From NCBI RefSeq assembly GCF_000400465.1, contig NW_008806276.1, positions 390,001 to 422,000 of the forward strand: 32,000 nucleotides of DNA, written 5' to 3'. The notes below the pieces were generated by a model. It had not been told where the DNA came from and did not search any database. It saw only the letters and a program-made list of their open reading frames with translations. A program made the translations under genes and the position numbers. The DNA is from Wallemia ichthyophaga EXF-994. Its lineage: Eukaryota > Fungi > Basidiomycota. Position 1 is the stretch's first letter; each line of letters begins with the position of its first letter. Of this stretch, positions 19,653 to 32,000 are shown piece by piece.

Positions 19653-20765
19653 CTAATATTTCGGCAAATCTATTGTACCTCCTTTGGCACACCAATGGGA
19701 GAGCTCCGGCGTGACTTTTATCTGACAACCCAGTCTAGATTTTTGGTCATCATAGCCGACAGCATACTGGAGCATGTCATCTTCCTCATCCCTTACATCT
19801 GGCAGGAATGAAGCAGCTTCAGCGCTATCGCTTGAAGGGAAGTACATATGACAAGTAGCGCATTCGAGTTTACCATCGCATACGCCCTCTACGTTTCCCA
19901 AACCTTCTCTACGCCCGACGTTCATAAGGGACTCACCTAGCAGAGCATCAACATAGTGCACTGCACCGTCAGACTCTCTGAAACGTAAAGGGACGATATC
20001 GGATTCATTAGCGTTTAAAGCGTCCATTGCATCTTTGGTCTCCCCACAGCTGCTCTCCAGATCGAGACTGCGCGCGTTAGCCGCGTCAACCGCTTTAGCG
20101 GGATCGTAACCAAGTCGACCGCGCCAGTGAGGCCAATGAATTGCACCGGCAAGGATATTCGTGAGGAATTTACTGCTATCCCATGGACGAAGATTGCCGT
20201 ACCAGTCTCCTTGTGGGAACACGATAGCATTTGCTGCCCACTTGTGACCGCCAATGTGGGATATCTCATACAATTTCACTCGGTCTTCCAAACCACGTGC
20301 ATTGATCTCCGTTCGCAGGCTGTGGACTGTGGGCTCTCCGGCTTCTGCACACCTGCAATCGCGGTTTCCGTGTGTGCAAACATAGATGTGCACACAGTCG
20401 TTCTGACTAGATTGATTGATGCTGCTGAGTATTTGTGCGGTAGAATGCCCATCTACAGCCTCCATTGCTGGATATACTTGACAATCATTCTTATCTGATG
20501 CACTCGGATTGAATGCGAGACCGACGAGTACACCTGCATCGCTCAACTCCTTTTTAATCACCAGATCATCGTATTTCTCGCTGAGCCCATTCACCTTACT
20601 GGGCCATTCTCTCGGCGGTATTTGAGTGTGCACGATTACATGTCCTCGGTGCGCTGGACTGGAGCCTGCGAGTGGCGCGGCATCGAATGGTTCTGCTTGT
20701 AACTTAGTGCTCAGCAGTCGCCGGCTTGCCACCTGCACTTTCCGTATCCCTCTAATCCCGAGCAT
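19653..20765 (-). CDS. Mitochondrial Aim32/Apd1-like thioredoxin-like [2Fe-2S] protein fused to an adrenodoxin-type ferredoxin domain, 370 aa
   Basis: Basic amphipathic N-terminus; CTHGNRDCRC (CX8C) plus HIGGH (HX3H); then GVCDGKLECATCH...SRLGCQI. Confidence 0.85.
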   Translation of the reverse strand: MLGIRGIRKVQVASRRLLSTKLQAEPFDAAPLAGSSPAHRGHVIVHTQIPPREWPSKVNGLSEKYDDLVIKKELSDAGVLVGLAFNPSASDKNDCQVYPAMEAVDGHSTAQILSSINQSSQNDCVHIYVCTHGNRDCRCAEAGEPTVHSLRTEINARGLEDRVKLYEISHIGGHKWAANAIVFPQGDWYGNLRPWDSSKFLTNILAGAIHWPHWRGRLGYDPAKAVDAANARSLDLESSCGETKDAMDALNANESDIVPLRFRESDGAVHYVDALLGESLMNVGRREGLGNVEGVCDGKLECATCHMYFPSSDSAEAASFLPDVRDEEDDMLQYAVGYDDQKSRLGCQIKVTPELSHWCAKGGTIDLPKY

Positions 20766-20887
20766 TTTATTCGTTTGACAAACTGATTCCAACCAGTGTG
20801 AGTCGAGCAGTAGTGTGCCAAATGAAATAATTTGTATTTTTACAAATATATTATATCGTCTATAGTCTTTTCCTTAAGCGCCGCTTC

Positions 20888-23665
20888 TTATGCTCCTCCC
20901 TTCTTCTTCTGGCGCTCTTTTCTCTTACGGCCGATAACACTACCGACGTCTGACTTCCCGTTGTCATTTTCGGATTGAGTTTTTTTCTCCTGCTTGTTAT
21001 CCTTTTTGCCATCTTTATTAACTCCTTTCTTCTGTTTCTTCTGTGGCTTATCCTGCTCCTCCTGTTCCTGCTCTTCCTCTTCGCCGCTCACTTCTTCATC
21101 CATTTCTGCAGCCTTGAGTCATATTAGAAGCAGTCGACTTATCAATAAACACTCACTTTACGCTTCAGAGCTCTGTTGCGCATAACTTCTGCTTTATCAC
21201 TTCTCCTTTTAATAACCTGCGCATTCTCGATCGAAAATTCAATCATAAGTGTACCGCGGCTGTCTTTCAACTGGTCATTCTTCGCTTTTGTGAGGCGATC
21301 TTCGAGTTTCTTAAGCTTAGTACGTTCCTCGTCTTTCTTCTCGCCCTTCGCGGTCGTAATCGCCTCCTTGCATCTCTTCTCAGCCTGCTCCAGTTCATCA
21401 ACGAGCCACGCCTTCATCATATTGGTCACTTCACTGTTGTTGTTGGCATATCTCAACACCCTGAGTGCATTCTTGTGGTTGTTCATTTCGAGGAAACCAT
21501 ACCCTCTAGACTTTCCGAGTCCTGTCGATGTATCCACTCTGTCGGTCTGTCTGACAATCTTGGACTGGATAACAGCAGTCGGTCTACCCTTAAATGCCTT
21601 CTTTGGATCCTTGGAACCGTCAGATTCAGTGGTATCTTCTAGCTCTTCCCTGGATAATGCATCTCTTTCACCACGCGCTACTTCCGCTTCAAACTCTTTG
21701 ACGGCATGCAGTGCCAAGCGCTTTAAGACCTTGTCAGTCACATACAGCGGTATCTGTCTAATTGACAATCTAGTCTTTGAGATGTAGAGCGATGGATTGC
21801 TTTCGAGTAATTTGCGTCTAGTGTTAAATGATTTCATGCGTCTTTCCTGATCAGCCTCAGGCAGCGCCTGACCAGCTGGACTATTAGGGAAGATAACACC
21901 TTCTCTTATCAAATACACATTACGTTTGTCCTTTTTGTGTTTGACTTTCTCACCTTCCTCTTTCTTCTCTACAGCTTCGTCCCTAGATACAGCTTTGACC
22001 ACGTCGAGAACACGGCCCTGGAGTGTCAAGCTGTGCGCGCTCTTAGACGTAGGATCAGCTGTGAGGATGGACGATGTCTGGAATGGGTTTTGCTTCATGC
22101 TGTCCGTTCTGTTGGTACCTGTTGTCGCTCTGACTACGTCTGCTGTCTTTAAACATTCGTTTGCAGCTTTCATGTCCCAGAACGCAACAAAACCATTACC
22201 TCTTGAACGCTCAGTCTCATAGTCCATTGTTATTCTAGCGTATCTCAACTTTCCAAACCGTCTGAAAACCTCGTACAAGTCTTGTTGTGTGGCTTCGAAA
22301 GGAATATTACGGACAAAGAGTGTGAGTCCGTCCTGTAGAGGTGGAGCTTTGTCGCCATCTTCTTCCTCACTGTCGTCAGTCGCAGACTCATTTTCAATCT
22401 CTTCCATTATTTCGTCGTCGTCTACGTTATCGTTGTCTTGACTGTCTTGGTCATCTTGACTGCTTTGCTCATCTTCACTTTCACCCTCACTCTCGCTCTC
22501 ACTATTGTCTTTGCTATCATTATCATCGGCGTTGTCGTTATTGGATTCTTCGTCTGACCCTGCTGACTTGTTTGCATCTTGATCCATCTTGACATCCTCG
22601 TTGTTATCTTGATCGTTCTGTTCATGTTCCCACTTTTCTTTTGACAGCGCCCAGTCAACAGCAACAGGTCTGCTCTCGACATCCTTTGCGATTCTCTTTC
22701 TCTGCTTCTTTGTACCACCCGCAGCAGCAACATCAGCCTCTGAAGTGGCCAATTTCACAGATTTTCCATTCATTTTTTCAATAGCCTTCTGGGCGTCGTG
22801 ATGAAAAGTAAACCAAACAAAACCATAACCTTTATTGTGATCAGAACCATCCTTAGCTTTGATAGTAGGTAGGGTGATCATATGTATATCACCATAAGGT
22901 ATGAAAGTAGCTTTCAAGTCTTCCTGAGTAATGTTGAAGTTGAGATTACGGATGATCAGACGTGATCTGCGGCTGACTTTACCTTTACCGCTAATAGCAG
23001 TCTCAAGGCGCTTCAAGAGGACAGCTGAGATTGTCTTGCCTTTGAATATGTGCGCGTGAAGTTTAGACAATGCTGTGTTTGCACTTGAAGGTTTATCAAA
23101 CTTAACATGAGCGATATCATCGTCTTTCAGGTCAAGTGAGTCAATGTTACCAATTTTTCTAACCTTTTTGTAGATTTCCTTCTGAGAGATTCCTTTAGGG
23201 AGACCACTGAGTACGACAGTTCTAACTGCATCAGGGTCTTTAGAAGTTACAACTTTACGTGGTTGTGTAGCTTGTGGTTTATTGTACAGCTTAGCATCCA
23301 TTTCATTCTCTTTAGCTATTTCTTTACGCTCTTTTAACGTCGCTCTCTGCCTCGCCCATTCCACTCTACATTTCCTCTTATCTGATCCTTGTTGGATGAG
23401 CTTGTTGTTCATCTCACTCGACGCAGCAACAGCGTCCTCGCGCATAGCGTAGGTGACGTACCCAACGCCTTTGCTCTCCTTTGTATCATGATCGAGTACG
23501 ACGAACGCAGACTTGAGTGGACCAACATCAGAGAAGGCGGTGAGGAGGGATTCATTTGTCAGCGTGAATGGTAAATTGGAAACGAATAACGTTGAAGATC
23601 TGTGGCTGCCTAAGATTTATTTTAAAATTTAAACAATTATCTAACCCTTTAGATTCCGAAGACAT
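20888..23665 (-). CDS. NOP4: Nucleolar multi-RRM protein Nop4/RBM28; join(20888..21112,21157..23605,23646..23665), 897 aa
   Basis: RNP motifs LFVSNL/KGVGYV, LIIRNL/KGYGFV, LFVRNI/RGNGFV, LSIRQI/SRGYGFL; acidic linker; LMIEFSIENAQV. Confidence 0.9.
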
Positions 23666-23705
23666 GGCCGACCTGGTTTAAGATATTCTATCATTTAATA
23701 TTCTT

Positions 23706-26657
23706 CTACAGCAACGTGAAATTACTTAAATCCTCCGATGGCAAGAAATACGCTTCCGTGCCTGTGTTTGTTAATCCAAGATCCCCGAGGTTTGTCTCCT
23801 GGAGCCACAACGGCAACTCCGTTCCAATTCCCCCTCCTAATCCATTCTCCCCACTCACAAGTGTCGACTGCGAGTTTGGCGTCGACGTCGATGTCTCTAT
23901 ACCCAGCCCGTTGAGCATCACCGGCGACCATCCTTCTTGCTGTTGTTGTGTGCCTTCCATCAAGTTCCACGGTTGTTCCATATGGCCCGTATCGAGCATC
24001 ATCCCATTGCTCATTGGTATATTGTTGGTATTGCTATTGCCATTGTTATGTCCATTAAGATTTGCACCACCACTACCACCACCAATATCACCTCCACTGC
24101 CACTCATCCCTGTCCTTATTCCCACCCCTGCTGGTAAGCTACCTCCTCTACCTAGCTCCGATGGCGTTGCTTGTCGCATACTTCTGTTCAGCATCAGTCT
24201 GAGACTGCGCCCGTACCGACTGGCCGGGGCTATATAATGTAAGTATCACTCATAAAACATCCCTCGCACTCACTTCTAGACAACAACTCTGCCAATATCT
24301 CCACACGTTCCAGTATACTATCCAACTGCAAATCTTCAGGGAACAATTTGGCGAGACGGAGCAGGAATGATCCAGCAAATGCGGCACATACGTGAGTGTA
24401 ATGCACTGCGTATTTCAAATTATGCCCGTATTCTCCAGGTTTGATGCAAGCATCAAGGCAGTGTTGCGCTGCGCCCATCGCTCGGTGTGCTATCGATCGC
24501 TGCTCCATTGGCATAGTGACTATATCCGAAGGTCCTTTTATGCCCCGCAGTGCAACAGCGTGGTGGAACAGCTCAGCGTATTGACGTTGCACGTACAAAC
24601 TCTGTATGAAAAATTGTTGATCTGGGAATTTGTTTTCTGAATGATTAGATTGTTAGATTTAGCGGTGGTAGTTTGAAATACATTCTATTCACTCACGTAT
24701 GTGTTCCTTCCAATCGTTGAACCATCCGCTGTCACAAATCGTTAGTTACTTCTTGCTTCCTCGCATTGTACACCCACTCAAACTCTACAGTCGCCGATCT
24801 TAGCGTCGCAAAGGTATGCTCATCGACGCGTGCATCAAACGGCTGCAGCTCCGTGTGTACTTTTTCCCTAATCTGCAAGAGCTCCACTGTGCTCACAAGA
24901 CGAAAATCAGTCGGTGTAGCCAGTGGGTGGTCAAGTAATATTCGTGAATGGCTAAGTGTACCCCGATCATCTCTCAAAAAAGCTGTTCGACCAGTACCGA
25001 AGCTAAGCCTGTGCTGGAGTAAGTCGAAATTAGTAGGCGGCTGTAATTCTGCCTTACTGCTGCTCGTGTATATACAGACAGATCCATATCCTTACTGCAG
25101 CAACTATCTGCCGCTCATAATCATCCGCTGGTGAGTTTGTGCTTGGTGTTTTCTTCAAACGTCTAAGCAGCTTGGAGATTGCCTTATCTAGTCCAACCTC
25201 ATACGCTACTCTGACAGCATGTCCTCCAACTAGCCAAGAGTTGTCCTGAAATGCAGAAAACAAAAGCTGGTCATCTGTCAGTTTTGCAGTTGTCTATAAT
25301 ATACCACCCACCAATGCTTGCACAGCTTCCTTCCTCGTCATTTGCAAAAACATTGAGTTTTTCGCTATCTCCCTCGCCTCTCTTTGGCAATCGAGATAGA
25401 GTTGCGTAGGTGCGTTACCTCCATCCATCACTCTAGCCGCTACCATGCAAATAACAGTGACACAGAACGGTGACCTTTTGCGAAGCTCCTCGTAAGTGTC
25501 ATGTGTGGGATCAAATAAGGGCAAGAACTTGTGACATTCTTCGAAATATCTAAACAATGGTGAGTTGAAAAGGTGAAGCGAAAATTAGCAGTCTCACATC
25601 TTGAAAAGCTCTCTCGCGGTCTGATCTGAAACTACACCCTTAGTGACAACATCTGCGTAGGCATGTGGTGGGTCACATTTTTTTTTTCGCTTGTTGCGTC
25701 CAGTCGACAGTGGGTTATCAGCCATATCTTTCCGCTTTGAAGGTAGGAATGAGTCGGACGGTTGTGTGAATGAGTGATGCGGGAGTTTTGATTGTGGTTG
25801 ATCATCAGAAGCACTCGCATTAGCCCTAAGCAAGGCTTGTTCTTTAGCCTCTATAGCTTCTGTAGCGTGTCGTTCAGCAGCAGCATCAGCAAGCCCTCTA
25901 AGCACTTCTATGGGAGCAACCAGAGCTGAAGACGGGAGTTCTTCCTCATCGTCTGACGAAGCAGCCGATGTGACTGTAGAATGAAAGTACTGTCGCTTCG
26001 AATTTCTAGGCGATGCAAAGGCATGGAAGGGTCGTGAATGATGGGAAGATGGAAATGCGCCAGGAACTGGATGTGGGTGATGTTGTGATGAATCTAAAAA
26101 ATGTGTGCCTTGGGGAGTGTGTCTCATCCCCGTAGAATCCTCCACAGGGCGTTTCAGGGGGAATTGCTCAGCGGGAGCAGCCAGATGATGTAACTGTGGC
26201 TGAGAAGCTGAAGCTTGAGCAGATCCGAATGGGGAATTATCCAATGATTGTGGTTGTGCCTTGTTCGTAGACCGGAAAAAGCCGACGAGTTCGAACAAAT
26301 TAGAACTCATTGACGAAACTTGCATTTCAAGACTTCTTATGCGCTCCAGACCAGCTTCGCCGATAGCCGTTGAATCCCTCGCTGGCTTTTCGAAAGTACA
26401 CGGAATGTTAGCAGATTTACAGCGCACGCATGGCGGATCGTCTGCATTCTGACATCGCATTTTTTGCTTGCGGCATTGATCGCAGGCGCCTGAGATAAGG
26501 ACTTGTTAGGAGCTGTGTCACCCCACGCAGGACAGAATCAAGACTCACGGGAGACGCGCGTGACAACCTTCTTGATACCGTCGGCTGCGCTGTTGCCGTT
26601 GCCGGCGCTGACACTGCCGCTGCCGTCCTTCTTCGCCGTCTTCGGTCTCGCTGACAT
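23706..26657 (-). CDS. Zn(II)2Cys6 transcription factor, priB-like, multi-exon
   Basis: RACDQCRKQKMRCQNADDPPCVRCKSANIPC after removing intron 26490-26548; middle region YFEECHKFLPLFDPTHDTYEELRKRSPF after intron 25550-25597; further exons to 23706 not fully resolved. Confidence 0.85.
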
Positions 26658-26755
26658 TTGGTGGGGAGCGTTGGGGAGTTGCGGAGATAGCTCTTTCGCA
26701 AACGACGACGACGTACCTGAAAACGAATAAAAATAAAAATTGGAATCTAACGAAT

Positions 26756-28935
26756 ATGTCTATACCGTTCCCGACGCTCAATGAGACTGAGGCTGATTCG
26801 TTTACCGCTTTCTCCGCATCGACTTTGCCGGCAGCATCCGCTGAGCCACGTCGACCGCTCCGGAGCAAGAACAGACCAACGGCATTCTACGGCTCACCAA
26901 ATCCACGAGCACCCCCACAGCCATTCTCTAGATCTGCTGCTAAGAGAGAGTCTGTCATGGCATTGGGCTCAATCCAGCACCTACAGCATTTATACGCAAA
27001 GAATGGCCTGGCGAGCAAGGCAAGGCCTCACAATGTTACGCACGCCTCTGACGTAGTCCTCGCTCTCGGTCCCAGCGCTGCAGAAGAAGGCATGCTCGAG
27101 CCTCCACCGAGAGTGCAGCTCCCACCGTCACCTGATACGCCAATACTGGAAACTAGCAGCTGGAATAAGCCTCAGTCACCCGATGTCGCCCCTCAAACTG
27201 ATCCAGAGCTCCTCAAGCCAGCTGTCGAACGTGACATCACCCACATTAAGAAGCTTTGGAATTTAGAACCGAAAGAGTCACATCCGTCTGTGAATATACT
27301 CGAACTGCTGAAATCTACCATATCCACCATTCGCTCGGTTCAGCAGTACGCTATGGCTCTCCCATTTGACCACGTCTCTACGCCCACGACATCATCACAG
27401 GCAGCTATCGGACATAGAAGACTACCAACGCTTCGCTCTATCTCTTACAATATATCCACAGCTTCGCGTCAGTTCAGACCACCAAACCCACGTAAGACTC
27501 GTGCGTCACTAGGATCTACCACTCAGAACGACTTCCTTGACCCGCTTGCACTTGTCCGTAGCAGTGCTTTGGAGGTACTCTCCGCTCTGCAAGACATCGA
27601 AGAGCGCTGTCGCGTCGAAAACACCTCCACCTCCACCTTGACATCTCCCAACCACGTCAATGCTGACAACTTCATCCAGTCTATCAGCGATCAATCACAA
27701 CTCGAGACATTGGAAACTGCAGAATACCACCAAAATGAAAACTCATTTGCTCAGATACCTTTGATCGAACATCCTATAGCTGAGACGTCGTTGAAGACAG
27801 ATGCTACTGGTAATACCACTGGTGCGGCATCTATTGCCACGCATTACACTGGATCCGGCAAACCTGTTCCAGTGTGGCAAGACTACGAGTCTCCAGATAT
27901 CAACTCACTCACCAACGCCGAAGAGGCGGGAGACAGGCCAGCTCGCGAACGGTGGGAAGAGCGCTTACTCAACTCTAATGGATACATATACAAAGATGGT
28001 GTGAACATCAAGTTAGATTTCGACAAGGAGCGCAAAATTACAGCGAAATACGTCGCTTTGGTTGAGAAAATGTTCCTAGATACCGTCAAGGCTAAACCAA
28101 GACACTCGAGTCCAACTATTTTATCGTCACCTATAAAAACATCTGATAATCATCTTGGTGATGCATTACAGGATATGGCGATGTGTGATTACACCAATAT
28201 TAGCCAAGATGGCGGTGATGAGAGCCATCTACCCACCTGGGCGCAGAAGAAGCTATACCAGAGTGATCCATTAGGTGAGCCTTGTTTGTATAGCTTTGTA
28301 ATTCGCTGATGCGATACTAGGCCGCTTATACGCACTTCTCGTTTCCTTTTTGCCAGACAGTCTGAACCAGCTGTTGCCATCGCCTGTCAAAGACCCGGTA
28401 GCATTTATGGATAGACTGTCTGATGGACAGATGCTGTGCATTGTATTCAACAGTGTTCTTCGTAGGTCACGAAGACCTTGGGGATTCATACCACCACAGG
28501 ATATACACGACATAACAGGCCTCGAGAAGGAGGAGGGCGATGAGACTACGAAAACATCCAAATCTAAAACAAGTTGGACATTCCGTCGGACTGACAATTT
28601 GCGTATCTGGGCAGCGTGAGTTGAAATTCATTACCCAATTCATCACTCATACCACTTAAAGCGCCCTTAAATTAAGATATCTTATATCACTCTCGCCATC
28701 AATATTACCAACAATACCCCATATACTCACCAACAAACCGCCGTCGCTGGAGGAAGGCGACAAGGATAGCTCATCACCACTAATCGCATCGCTGTTGGGA
28801 TTGACAAGGTCATCCTTCAACGCTAAAGCTGTTGCTCAAAGATTTGAGGGTTGGGAAACCTCTCTCGGTTACGCAACTGGACGATACGTGGAAGCTGTTG
28901 TACATGAATATAGACTACAAGAGGGATTTAATTGA
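26756..28935 (+). CDS. Conserved-looking hypothetical protein with a calponin-homology-like C-terminal domain; join(26756..28274,28321..28615,28662..28935), 695 aa
   Basis: Two 46-nt introns give one continuous frame; LSDGQMLCIVFNSVLRRSRRPWGFI...WTFRRTDNLRIWAAALKLRY resembles Cdc24-type CH domains. Confidence 0.7.
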
Positions 28936-29040
28936 GTCATGCATCGCATCTTATATTTTATATAAAAAGAACCAATAAAGTAGATTGCATAATTCGAGAA
29001 ATACAAGACGAGAAAAGAGAAAAGTCTATACAGATGATGA

Positions 29041-32000
29041 TTAATTTTTACGCTCCTCAGGCACAAACTCCTTCCATGACTTAACTTCGGAAGGAATCTT
29101 ACCCTCTCTATAGCCCTCTAAACCGCCAACAGGCATCTTCTTTTCGAGAGCGTCGACGAAGAGCTCGGCAAGTTTAGCGTTGTTGAACAAAGGTAAACCG
29201 AAATCGACGCAGTTACGACGAGCTACGTAATCCTCATCGACTGTGTCTTTACCGCGAGACTTAGAGAGGTTAACGACGAACTGAATTTCGTGATCGTCGA
29301 ACACTTCACGTAATTTACGCTTATCTTTAGTAGGGAAGAAGATACGTTTTGTAGGTGAAAGACCTGATTGATTGAGATGAGTCTCAACGTCTGCATTAGA
29401 GCAGTACATTTTGAATCCTAGTTTTGTGAGTTTTTCAGAAACAGATTTGAGCTCTGGCTTGGCGATATCTCCACCGACCAGAACACCTTTGCCAGCTTTA
29501 GGAATGCGGAATCCATTAGTAGATGCCAACGAAGCCCAGTAAGCTTCGTGGATATCTTTACCAAATGAGGCTACTTCACCAGTAGATGCCATCTCGACGC
29601 CGAGATATGGATCAGCACCAGCCAATCTGGTCCAAGAGAATTGAGGTACCTTGATAGCAACGTAATCTCTCTTTTCAGCCATCAAATCGACTGGAGCTGG
29701 TACATTCTTACCAACAATTGCAGCAGTAGCGATATCGATAAAGTTAGTTCCAAGAACCTTACTAACGAATGGGAATGATCTTGATGCACGTAAGTTACAT
29801 TCGATAACCTTGAGTTCAGGCTGTGAGCCATTTTCGCCAGCCTTGCGAATGACTTGCATGTTGAATGGGCCAGAAATCCTAAATGCTTTGGCAACCTTCT
29901 GTGCAATCTCCTTGTAGCGTGGCATTTCAGTTTCTGGCAAAGAAAATGGTGGGAGAGCAAGAGTTGCATCACCAGAATGCACACCAGCGTTCTCAACGTG
30001 CTCAGATACAGCATGAACGAGCAATTCACCCTTGTGGGCAACAGCATCGACATCGATTTCTTGAGCACTATCAATAAATTGAGAAACAACAACAGGGTGG
30101 TCTGGTGATACATTTGCTGCTGCAGAAAGGTTGTGCTCGAGAGTTGTTTCATCATATACAACATTCATCGCTGCACCTGATAAAACGTACGATGGTCTAA
30201 TCAGCACTGGGTAACCAACCTTAGAGGCAAATGCCTTGGCGTCGTTAAGTGTAGCTGCCTCAACCCATGCTGGTTGGTCGACATTGATTGAATCCAAAAC
30301 ACTCGAGAATTTGTGACGATCCTCTGCCATATCAATGTCTTCTGGGGCAGTACCAAGGACGTTGACGCCTGATTGCTTAAGACGAAGAGCAATGTTTTGT
30401 GGGAGTTGACCACCGACAGATATGATGACACCCTCTGCCTTTTCGAGTTCGTAGATATCCATCACACGCTCCCATCCAAGTTCTTCAAAGTAGAGACGGT
30501 CAGCTTCGTCGAAGTCAGTAGAGACAGTTTCTGGGTTATACTGTGCAAAGTGTAAGAAAGGATAAAATAAAAACCAACACACTCACGTTAATCATGATGG
30601 TCTTCTTGTCCATACCGCGGACTGCACGAGCACAAGTAACAGCGCACCAATCGAACTCAACAGACGAGCCGATTCTGTAGACACCAGATCCAAGAACCAT
30701 AGTACCGTTGTCGTTGAACTCGAGATCGTGTGATTGGGCATTGTATGTCGTGTAGAGGTAGTTAGTGTGAGCAGGGAACTCAGCAGCCAGAGTATCGATT
30801 CTCTTGACGAATGGTGTGATTCCAAGATCTTTTCTGGTCTTTCTAACATCACCTTCGGTGGACTTGGTGAGAGAGGCAATCTGAGTGTCGGCGAAACCAG
30901 CTCTCTTTGATTGGTATAAAAGCTCCCTGTTAACAGCATCAAGTCCAGAAAGGGAAGAGAGATGCTTGTGGATTTGAACAATGTTGTCGAGCTTGTAGAG
31001 ATACCAGCGATCAATCTTGGTGAGATTATGGAGCATTTCGACTGTGTAACCCTTATTGATCATAGCGTGTGCAATAGCAAACAGTCTACGGTCATTAGGT
31101 TGGATGAGCTGAGCATCGAGATCTTCTGGTTGCCAATAAGCTTCGAATCCATGGTAATTTGGATCGACTTGACGAACAGCCTTTTGAAGAGATTCTTCGA
31201 ATGTACGACCGATAGCCATAACTTCACCAACTGATTTCATAGACGATCCAGTATCACGTTGGACATGTTGGAACTTGGCCAAATCCCACTTTGGAATTTT
31301 GGTAACGATGTAGTCAAGAGATGGCTCGAAACATGCAGTTGTCGTCTTAGTCACGGCGTTTGGAAGCTCAGGGAGAGTATGGCCGAGACCAATCTTTGCA
31401 GCCGTGTACGCGAGAGGGTAACCGGTAGCTTTTGAAGCGAGAGCGGATGAACGCGAGAGACGTGCATTCATTTCAATGACCATGTACTGCTTGCTGTGTG
31501 GATCAAGGGCGTATTGAACGTTACACTCACCAACGACACCGACGTGACGAACAATCTTCGCAGCAGCTGAACGGAGCATGTGATATTCAGCATCAGTGAG
31601 CGTTTGGGATGGAGCTACGACGATAGAGTCACCAGTGTGGACACCGAGTGGGTCAAAATTCTCCATATTGCAGCAAATGATGACATTGTCTGCCGCATCT
31701 CTCACTACTTCATACTCAACTTCTTTCCAACCCTTCAAAGACTTTTCGATAAGAACTTGAGGACTTAAGCTGAGAGATTTAGCTGAGAGATCGCGCAGTT
31801 CGTCTTCGTTGTTGGCGAAACCAGAACCAAGACCACCGAGGGAGAAGGCGGAACGGAGGATGACAGGGTAACCGATCTTCTGAGCGGCATCAAGGGCGGC
31901 AGGAACGGTACCGACAGCTGTAGATTGAGCAGCTGGAATGTCGATTTCATTTAAAGCCTGTACGAACAAGTCCCTGTCCTCGGAAACTTCCAAAGTTCTA
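29041..32000 (-). CDS. CPA2: Carbamoyl-phosphate synthase, arginine-specific large chain; 5' truncated; intron 30541-30586
   Basis: Two ATP-grasp domains ([58 protein letters not shown]), [11 protein letters not shown] splice join; ends after the MGS domain with no DHOase/ATCase. Confidence 0.93.

Noticed and set aside
21176-21787. Long antisense ORFs (21176-21787, 23716-24237, 29682-30164, 12907-13215 and others)
   Set aside because: They are shadows of real genes on the opposite strand or in another frame, with no independent motifs
29041-32000. Multifunctional URA2/CAD
   Set aside because: The ORF stops right after the MGS domain, with no dihydroorotase or ATCase region

Overview
Gene-dense eukaryotic (fungal) DNA with very short intergenic gaps and 40-70 nt GT-AG introns. 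The gene content and compaction look basidiomycete, possibly Wallemia-like (inference, low confidence). Recognisable housekeeping genes, in order: COG0523 GTPase-family protein (5' truncated), isochorismatase-family protein, FAM160/FHIP, HIS2, a 4-TM membrane protein, DUG1, PLPBP/YggS, SCT1/GPT2-type GPAT, a Cir_N/LENG1-like protein, YIF1, a low-complexity hypothetical, an Aim32-like thioredoxin-like ferredoxin fused to an adrenodoxin-type domain, NOP4, a priB-like Zn2Cys6 factor, a CH-like-domain hypothetical and CPA2 (5' truncated). The main anomaly is 6.26-9.76 kb: a head-to-tail array of four divergent paralogs (A-D) of an unrecognised ~200-aa, ~4-TM protein, all ending KIS(G/A)CMV*. Only copy B is clearly intact. 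The array shows a 400-bp near-identical junction repeat whose 15 substitutions are all transitions (8 CpA<->TpA), an intron unique to one copy, an internal duplication in copy C, and collinear TM-by-TM similarity to the adjacent 4-TM gene. All exon models and alignments were made by eye and are unverified.
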